Below, one piece after another: positions 50,822-56,657 of a DNA stretch of 56,657 nucleotides. Source of the stretch: Bacteroidia bacterium (GTDB taxonomy: Bacteria > Bacteroidota > Bacteroidia > Bacteroidales > VadinHA17); the NCBI GenBank assembly GCA_026391595.1, contig JAPLDY010000152.1, positions 1-56,657 of the forward strand. Reading direction: 5' to 3'. The translations under genes were made by a program, and so were the position numbers. The notes under the pieces were generated by a model that saw only the letters and a program-made list of their open reading frames with translations, had not been told where the DNA came from and did not search any database. Position 1 is the stretch's first letter. Each line of letters begins with the position of its first letter.

Positions 50822-50867
50822 AACCCATCCTCCAGCTCCTTCCCTTAAGGTTAAGGGAAGGAGGGCT
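50822..50867. repeat. Half REP-like hairpin between convergent genes
   Basis: CTCCTTCCCTTAA-GG-TTAAGGGAAGGAG (50836-50863), related to 49811-49852. Confidence 0.7.
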
Positions 50868-50868
50868 A

Positions 50869-51657
50869 TTAATCAGAATACTTTTTTACTTTTTTTTCAA
50901 TCTTTTTCCGGATCTTTTCGTAAGATATGGGAGGGCCTGTCATAACCTCTTTGCCATCTATAAAAAGTGCATCTGTAATACCATATTCATTAAGAATTTT
51001 GCTATCGGTAGTATCAATTTCCTGAACATCGATTTTCCCGGGAAAATCAAGCGCTGCTCTTTTTGCTCTCTCGCAGGTAATGTTCACTGACTGGCACCAG
51101 CCATTCCTGAACATTGTAAGGTTGACTTTTCCTTCACCTTTTTCAGGTTTCTTTCCGGGTTTTCTGAACTTCGGAGCAATTGCCTTTTCATGGAAGGGTT
51201 TCCATAACAGCCTCATGATCCCGCTTTTATCGACAACCTTATATCCGTGTTTCTTAAACCATGAAGCGCGCATGAATACAGGTATTATAAGTCCCCATGT
51301 GACCAGCCCATCAGCGCCCATTTGTCTTGCATCTTCTTCAGCTGATTTAAGCAAAGCTATCCCCATTCCTCTTTTTCTGTAATCGCCTCTGCCCTGTTTA
51401 TGACCATGGACCCATATGCAGAGGACAACATAAAGATTTCTTCCGTCACATATTGAATATTCCGATGGGATATACTGGATCATTCCGCCAATAATGTCAT
51501 TATCATCAAGGGCAAATTTTACTTTCAATCCCCTGTCCTTCATTGATTCATACCATTTCTGCTTGCAGCCGCCGGCTTCCTTCATGTCTTCCGACCATTC
51601 CTCAAGACAGCAGAAATAAGCGCTTTCGGTTTCAGGGGAGATGTCAATGATTTTCAT
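50869..51657 (-). CDS. GNAT acetyltransferase with C-terminal thioredoxin-like domain (YoaP-like)
   Basis: GMIQYIP, CIWV, RKRGMGIALL acetyl-CoA motif; GWCQS and ALFIDGK. Confidence 0.75.
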   Translation of the reverse strand: MKIIDISPETESAYFCCLEEWSEDMKEAGGCKQKWYESMKDRGLKVKFALDDNDIIGGMIQYIPSEYSICDGRNLYVVLCIWVHGHKQGRGDYRKRGMGIALLKSAEEDARQMGADGLVTWGLIIPVFMRASWFKKHGYKVVDKSGIMRLLWKPFHEKAIAPKFRKPGKKPEKGEGKVNLTMFRNGWCQSVNITCERAKRAALDFPGKIDVQEIDTTDSKILNEYGITDALFIDGKEVMTGPPISYEKIRKKIEKKVKKYSD

Positions 51658-51662
51658 TTGTT

Positions 51663-52242
51663 TTATTTTTTACATATTCTTTTCCGGACGGTACTCCAGG
51701 TTTCTGTTATCAGGAAGCTCTCTTCCATGTAACCGATCATTCTCTCAAACCTTTTCATGGGAACCGCAAATGTCAGGACATTTTCAGGTACACAGGGACG
51801 GGCAGATGGATCGAACATTCCGATTATTGCTCTTTGTCTTTCCGATCTGGTTTCCATGTATGGATAATAAATTATTGATCCGCAACCGGATCCAAAAGGT
51901 GCAATGGTCCCGTTCCGTTCGTCCTGATCAAAATTTGCAAGTGTATATAGACCGGATAAAACATCAGGCTTTGCAAAGAAGATAACTACATCCGGTTCGT
52001 TTATCTGTGTAACCCAAATATCTTTTGGCGCCACCGCATTGCACTCTTTCAGAATTATAAACTATTGAGCTGCCACTTCTGACTTTTGCCAGCTCACAAA
52101 TTACACAGCTCCATCCCTTTGGTTTATCTGCCCATTCAGCACCTCCGTTACCATCAGTATAATAAAATACAATCGGGAGCTCAGCATTACCAAAATACTT
52201 TTTCCAGAGGTGAAGGAAGGTTTCTTTGAGTATGGTGTTCAT
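51663..52242 (-). pseudogene. DUF169-family gene split by a frameshifting deletion
   Basis: N part MNTILK...CGGAKRYLGYTDK and C part EPDVVIFFAKPDVLSGL...GMFDPSARP are in different frames and join at ~52000. Confidence 0.75.
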
Positions 52243-52712
52243 TTTTAAATGATTTTGTCTCATGTAAATTTAAAGAGGGATTCGAACCTCTTTTCTATTA
52301 TTCAGATAATGAATTACTTGCAAGATTCTGATATTGCCGTAACACCGAATAGTACACCAGGTACACCAAATCATCCAAAGAACATAGCTTATCAAAGATA
52401 TGAAAAAAGTGAACCATTTTCGTTATAAATATTTCCTGGATAAATTTTTAAAAAATGTTCAGCTACCGGTCTTTTTAAATAAGGAACAATCGAAGTTTCT
52501 AATCATTATTTTCACCGGAATGGGGAGATCAATTAATTTTTTATTATTCATGCAAAGAAAATTGACCTTTCACAACCTCATCAGGTATAAAGAGTTGCAC
52601 AACTTTCCGATATCGGAAGGATCGGAGTAGCGCATTCTTTAATTAATATTTTATTTTTGCTGATCCATGGCATGTTGATTAATAACTTTTAAAAGGAACT
52701 TAAATACAATTC

Positions 52713-55067
52713 ATGAATAGAATATTATGCTTGTTTATTTTTCTGGTTTTTATCCCTTCTCTGCTTTCGGGAGAAAACTCCTTTAACAGCGGAACACAGA
52801 AAAAAATCACCATTAGCGGTCATGTTCGTGATCAGGCAAATGGAGAAGTGCTTTCAGGAGTTACGATCTTTGAAAATAACCTTAAACAGGGAACATCAAC
52901 CAATTCATATGGATTCTACTCACTTACCATCACCTCCGAAAATTATAATCTTCAATTCTCATATGTAGGTTATGTAAGCATCAATAAAACAGGATTTACT
53001 GATATGGCAATCACCCTCGATATATTCCTCGAGGCATCTGAAAACATCCTTGGCGAGGTGGTTATTTCAGATAAGCGGACCAACGAAAACGTCAGAGCAC
53101 CGGAGATGAGCATTGTCAAACTCGATATAAAAGCTATCAATCGTATTCCGGCCCTGTTCGGGGAAATTGACCTGGTAAAAGTCATTCAGCTACTTCCCGG
53201 GGTGCAGTCGACAAGCGAGGGATCCAGCGGGTTCAGCGTACGGGGCGGCAGCGCCGATCAGAACCTGGTATTACTTGATGAAGCCACCATTCATAATGCC
53301 TCTCATCTGATGGGATTCTTTTCTGTTTTTAACAATGATGCCGTAAAAGATGTCACTTTGTACAAGGGAGATATTCCGGCTGCTTATGGCGGGAGACTGT
53401 CATCACTTCTCGATATACGTATGAAAGATGGAAATGCAAGAAAATTCGGAATGTCGGCAAGCATTGGAAGCGTCTCAAGCAAACTGATGATTGAGGGACC
53501 GATAATCAAAGACAAGACTACTTTTCTGGTTGCAGGACGACGCACCTATGCCGATCTTTTCCTACTTTTAGCAAAAGATGAAAATGTGCGTGACAATAAG
53601 CTTTATTTCTACGATGTCAATGTAAAACTGTCGCATGTAATCAATGATAATAACAGGCTTTATCTCTCTGGTTATTTCGGGAGGGATAATTTTAAAAACG
53701 TTTTTGCACTGTTTGGCTTTGGAAACCAGACAGCCTCACTTCGGTGGAACCACCTTTTTTCAAGAAAGCTCTTCTTTAACATGAGCCTCATCTATTCGCG
53801 TTACAAATACGAGCTTGGAACTCCTGAAGGGGACGCAAACTCATTCCTGTGGGATTCAAAAATGTATGATTATTCGGCGCGCTTCGATTTTACCCACTAC
53901 CTTACAAACAAACACACTCTCAGGTACGGGGCTACGACAATGTATCACACATTCTATCCCGGATCAGCCTCCGGTCTTGGGACAAACAGTTCCTTTACTG
54001 AATTCATCCTCCCTGCGGAATATGCTCTGGAACACAGCCTTTATGCCACCGACGAATTCAAGCCCTGGGAAAAATTCACCATTAAATATGGATTGAGGTA
54101 TGCACTTTTTCAGAATATAGGTCCCGGAACATACTATTCATTTGATGAAAACCATAATCCGGTTGACAGCACTGTGTATGCAAAGGGTGATATTTTTAAC
54201 AGATATTCAAGTTTCGAGCCTCGTATAGCATTCACCTTGTTGCTGAATGATGTGTCGTCAATTAAGGGAAGCTATTCTCATTCAGCCCAGTTTATTTCAC
54301 TTGCACAGAATTCGACTGCCGGGACTCCTCTGGATGTATGGCTCCCGGCATCGCTGAATGTAAAACCCCAGTTATGTGATCAGGTCTCTGCAGGATACTT
54401 CAGAAACTTCAAAAAAAACATGTATGAGGTATCGACAGAATTGTATTATAAAGATCTGAAGAACGTTATAGATTTTCGCGATCATGCTCAGCTTTTACTC
54501 AATCAATATCTGGAAGGTGAGATGAGAACAGGCATAGGTTATTCATACGGAATTGAGACAATGGTGCGCAAGGATGCCGGCCGGCTTACAGGATGGATAA
54601 GCTATACATATTCAAGATCTTTCAGGATTGTAAAAGAGATAAATGATGGCAATCGTTACAATGCTCCGTACGATAAGCCTCATAGCGCTAATATAGTAGT
54701 GAACTACGATATCTCCAAACGCTTAACTGCTTCAGCTACATGGGTGTATGCCACCGGTCTTCCGGTAACTTTTCCGACAGGCAGAGCCGTGGTCGGCAAT
54801 TCAATTCTTCCGATATTTTCGAACCGAAATGCCTTCAGGATGCCGGATTATCATCGCCTCGATGTTTCAGTTTCGCTAAAGGGGAAAGAAAAGCCTGGAA
54901 GGAAATGGCGCGGAGAATTGAACCTGTCGGTATATAATGCATACAACAGGCATAACGCATGGTCTATTAATTTCGTCGCAGATCCAAATGATCCGAATAT
55001 TACATATGCTGAAAAGACATATTTGTTTTCAATCATTCCTGCAGTTACCTATTCTATCAAATTCTGA
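52713..55067 (+). CDS. TonB-dependent receptor
   Basis: GEIDLVKVIQLLPGV, VRGGSADQNL plug; terminal YSIKF. Confidence 0.92.
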   Translation: MNRILCLFIFLVFIPSLLSGENSFNSGTQKKITISGHVRDQANGEVLSGVTIFENNLKQGTSTNSYGFYSLTITSENYNLQFSYVGYVSINKTGFTDMAITLDIFLEASENILGEVVISDKRTNENVRAPEMSIVKLDIKAINRIPALFGEIDLVKVIQLLPGVQSTSEGSSGFSVRGGSADQNLVLLDEATIHNASHLMGFFSVFNNDAVKDVTLYKGDIPAAYGGRLSSLLDIRMKDGNARKFGMSASIGSVSSKLMIEGPIIKDKTTFLVAGRRTYADLFLLLAKDENVRDNKLYFYDVNVKLSHVINDNNRLYLSGYFGRDNFKNVFALFGFGNQTASLRWNHLFSRKLFFNMSLIYSRYKYELGTPEGDANSFLWDSKMYDYSARFDFTHYLTNKHTLRYGATTMYHTFYPGSASGLGTNSSFTEFILPAEYALEHSLYATDEFKPWEKFTIKYGLRYALFQNIGPGTYYSFDENHNPVDSTVYAKGDIFNRYSSFEPRIAFTLLLNDVSSIKGSYSHSAQFISLAQNSTAGTPLDVWLPASLNVKPQLCDQVSAGYFRNFKKNMYEVSTELYYKDLKNVIDFRDHAQLLLNQYLEGEMRTGIGYSYGIETMVRKDAGRLTGWISYTYSRSFRIVKEINDGNRYNAPYDKPHSANIVVNYDISKRLTASATWVYATGLPVTFPTGRAVVGNSILPIFSNRNAFRMPDYHRLDVSVSLKGKEKPGRKWRGELNLSVYNAYNRHNAWSINFVADPNDPNITYAEKTYLFSIIPAVTYSIKF

Positions 55068-55071
55068 AAAT

Positions 55072-55923
55072 ATGGGACAGCTTAGAATTATAATAAAATT
55101 ACTACTTCTTTCAATGATGGTTGTTTCCTGTACCGAACGAATTGATATCAAGCTTGATGAGAATTACACCCGGCTTGTAGTTGACGGATCTATATCTACC
55201 GAAACGATGGCACATAAAGTTGTGCTTTCAATGACATCGGATTATTTTTATAATATGCCGCCTGAAATGGTAACAGGAGCAAGTGTTACTATTACAGATG
55301 GTGTTTTCATACAGGTACTGACAGAAGGTCTTCCGGGGGTATATAGTACTGATCCCACTTATTTCGGAGAGGTCGGTCATACTTATACTCTCAATATAAT
55401 ACTTGCAGACCCCATTGGTGGATATACTGATTATACAGCCAGCTCAACGCTTATGCCTGTTGCCTCTGTCGATTCCATCGGACTTGAATTACATGATGAG
55501 TGGGCACAATATATTTATTGGGAAGTGAAGTGTTATTTGCAGGATCCTCCGACCACTGATTATTACCGCTGCAAGATTTCAAAGAACTCGCAGATGATCA
55601 CAGATACTCTTATTGAATGGTATGTGACAGATGATAAATATTTCAATGGATATTATATAGACGGAGCTGCCATTGGATATCTGGAGCAGAGTTATGCTGA
55701 TGAGTTTCTCGCTGCCGGTGATACAATTACAGCTGAAATAAACGGTATTGAAAAAGAATATGCCACCTTTATCTGGGATGCACAGGTAGAACTATGGGGT
55801 TCAAATCCGCTTTTCAGCGGTCCCAGGGCTAACATAAAAGGCAATATAAGTAACGGAGCTATCGGATATTTTGCAGCTTACTCTATAACGAGGGCTACTG
55901 TAATTGCCCCTGAGTATAAGTGA
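55072..55923 (+). CDS. DUF4249-family lipoprotein
   Basis: MMVVSC lipobox, RLVVDGSI, NIKGNISNGAIGYF; follows the TonB receptor. Confidence 0.85.
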   Translation: MGQLRIIIKLLLLSMMVVSCTERIDIKLDENYTRLVVDGSISTETMAHKVVLSMTSDYFYNMPPEMVTGASVTITDGVFIQVLTEGLPGVYSTDPTYFGEVGHTYTLNIILADPIGGYTDYTASSTLMPVASVDSIGLELHDEWAQYIYWEVKCYLQDPPTTDYYRCKISKNSQMITDTLIEWYVTDDKYFNGYYIDGAAIGYLEQSYADEFLAAGDTITAEINGIEKEYATFIWDAQVELWGSNPLFSGPRANIKGNISNGAIGYFAAYSITRATVIAPEYK

Positions 55924-55940
55924 AATCTTCCAGCCACTGA

Positions 55941-56177
55941 GGATTACCTTCGGTGATCCCCGGGGGAGAACCAGCAAAGCCAAAACAAATTCTGCGTAAG
56001 CTCAGCAGATAATATGCTTTTACTTTTTTGCCATGAAAGGGCATAATTTGAATAACCCCCGGCGACAGCCGGGGGCATAGGGCAACTAAATGATCTGAAG
56101 CCCTGAAGGGGCGTAATATTTGGGGATTATTCCCTCACTTCGTTCGCTCATGATCCCCGGAGGGGAACCTGCAAAGC
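55941..56177. repeat. Composite repeat region: two hairpin-plus-27-mer units with REP-like hairpins between them
   Basis: TGATCCCCGG(G/A)GG(A/G)GAACC(A/T)GCAAAGC at 55954-55980 and 56151-56177 (24/27); CCCCCGGC-GACA-GCCGGGGG and GCCCTGAAGGGGC in between. Confidence 0.7.
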
Positions 56178-56296
56178 TTAAATGAACCCTCCGGGTTTTT
56201 ATTTGTTTTCCCGTTGCTCCTTTAGAAAGCAAGCTTTCCTCGGAGCCCCGGTTAAACAAATAAACCCGCGTGCCGCGGGGTTCATTTAAGCTTTGC
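56171..56296. repeat. 126-bp imperfect palindrome abutting the tRNA-Ser 3' end
   Basis: GCAAAGCTTAAATGAACCC...GGGTTCATTTAAGCTTTGC outer 19-bp arms; inner TTATTTGTTT/AAACAAATAA and GAAAGC/GCTTTC. Confidence 0.85.
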
Positions 56297-56383
56297 GGAG
56301 AGAGGGGGATTCGAACCCCCGATACCCTTTTGGGGCATACTCGCTTTCCAGGCGGGCTAGTTAAACCACTCATACATCTCTCC
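56296..56383 (-). tRNA. tRNA-Ser (anticodon GGA), long variable arm, two stem mismatches
   Basis: GGAGAGA/TCTCTCC acceptor, CTGGAAA loop, ATGCCC/GGGTAT variable arm, GGGGG-TTCGAAT-CCCCC T arm. Confidence 0.9.
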
Positions 56384-56387
56384 CTTT

Positions 56388-56415
56388 GTCCACCGAAGCC
56401 TTGGCGAAGGTGGGC
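56388..56415. repeat. Short REP-like palindrome just upstream of tRNA-Ser
   Basis: GTCCACC-GAAGCCTTGGCGAA-GGTGGGC. Confidence 0.55.
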
Positions 56416-56479
56416 GATATTAATATCCTGCCAAAAAAATGGCGGCGAAAATTACAAAAATATTTTCAATTGTCGCCTC

Positions 56480-56657
56480 TCAGGAGATTTCTCCGGCAAG
56501 AGGCATGCTTAAAAACTTAATGACATCCTTCTTCGTTTTGCATGTCCCAAGCAGATGCATAAGCTTTGTGACAGAAGCTTCTGAAGTGATGTCCTTTCCG
56601 CTCACTACACCTGCTGAAAGAAGCTGGCGGCTGGTCTCATATAATCCCATTTCTACG
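56480..56657 (-). CDS. ansA: Type I L-asparaginase, C-terminal fragment (runs off the window)
   Basis: Manual translation VEMGLYETSRQLLSAGVVSGKDITSEASVTKLMHLLG...LAGEIS*. Confidence 0.85.
   Translation of the reverse strand, partial: VEMGLYETSRQLLSAGVVSGKDITSEASVTKLMHLLGTCKTKKDVIKFLSMPLAGEIS

Noticed and set aside
52400-52630. 76-aa ORF upstream of the TonB receptor
   Set aside because: AT-rich intergenic-like composition and no recognisable motif.
56086-56512. 95-aa and 80-aa ORFs
   Set aside because: They overlap tRNA-Ser and its palindrome and are shadow ORFs.

Overview
Chromosomal window from a Bacteroidota genome, probably an anaerobic Bacteroidales. Evidence: TAnnTTTG promoters, a T9SS sorting domain, TonB receptors, and the conserved EBP-lptE-TPR-secG-groES-groEL and acpP-fabF-rnc gene orders. 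It holds a full suf Fe-S operon with queG, two ECF sigma factors, a CarH/LitR-like MerR regulator, kdsB, groESL, lepA, an RprX/RprY-like two-component pair, fabF/acpP/rnc, purN, leuS, tRNA-Arg(CCG), tRNA-Ser(GGA), a pectin (RG-II-like) glycoside hydrolase cluster and several accessory genes. I see no CRISPR array, integrase or transposase. The most striking signals are non-coding. (1) A four-helix-bundle (IVS-protein-like) gene in the leuS leader is enclosed by 33-bp heptamer-built inverted repeats whose only two mismatches become G-U pairs on the transcribed strand; an apparent half site (sufB-sufC) and an empty hairpin (about 1.6 kb) show the same architecture. (2) A sigma54-type promoter and strong terminator frame an ~80-nt non-coding unit complementary to a generic Bacteroidota start-codon region. 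(3) A URO-D/methyltransferase-family gene sits inside the RG-II-like cluster. All calls are by eye; no searches were run, and comparisons to homologues are from recollection of the families.
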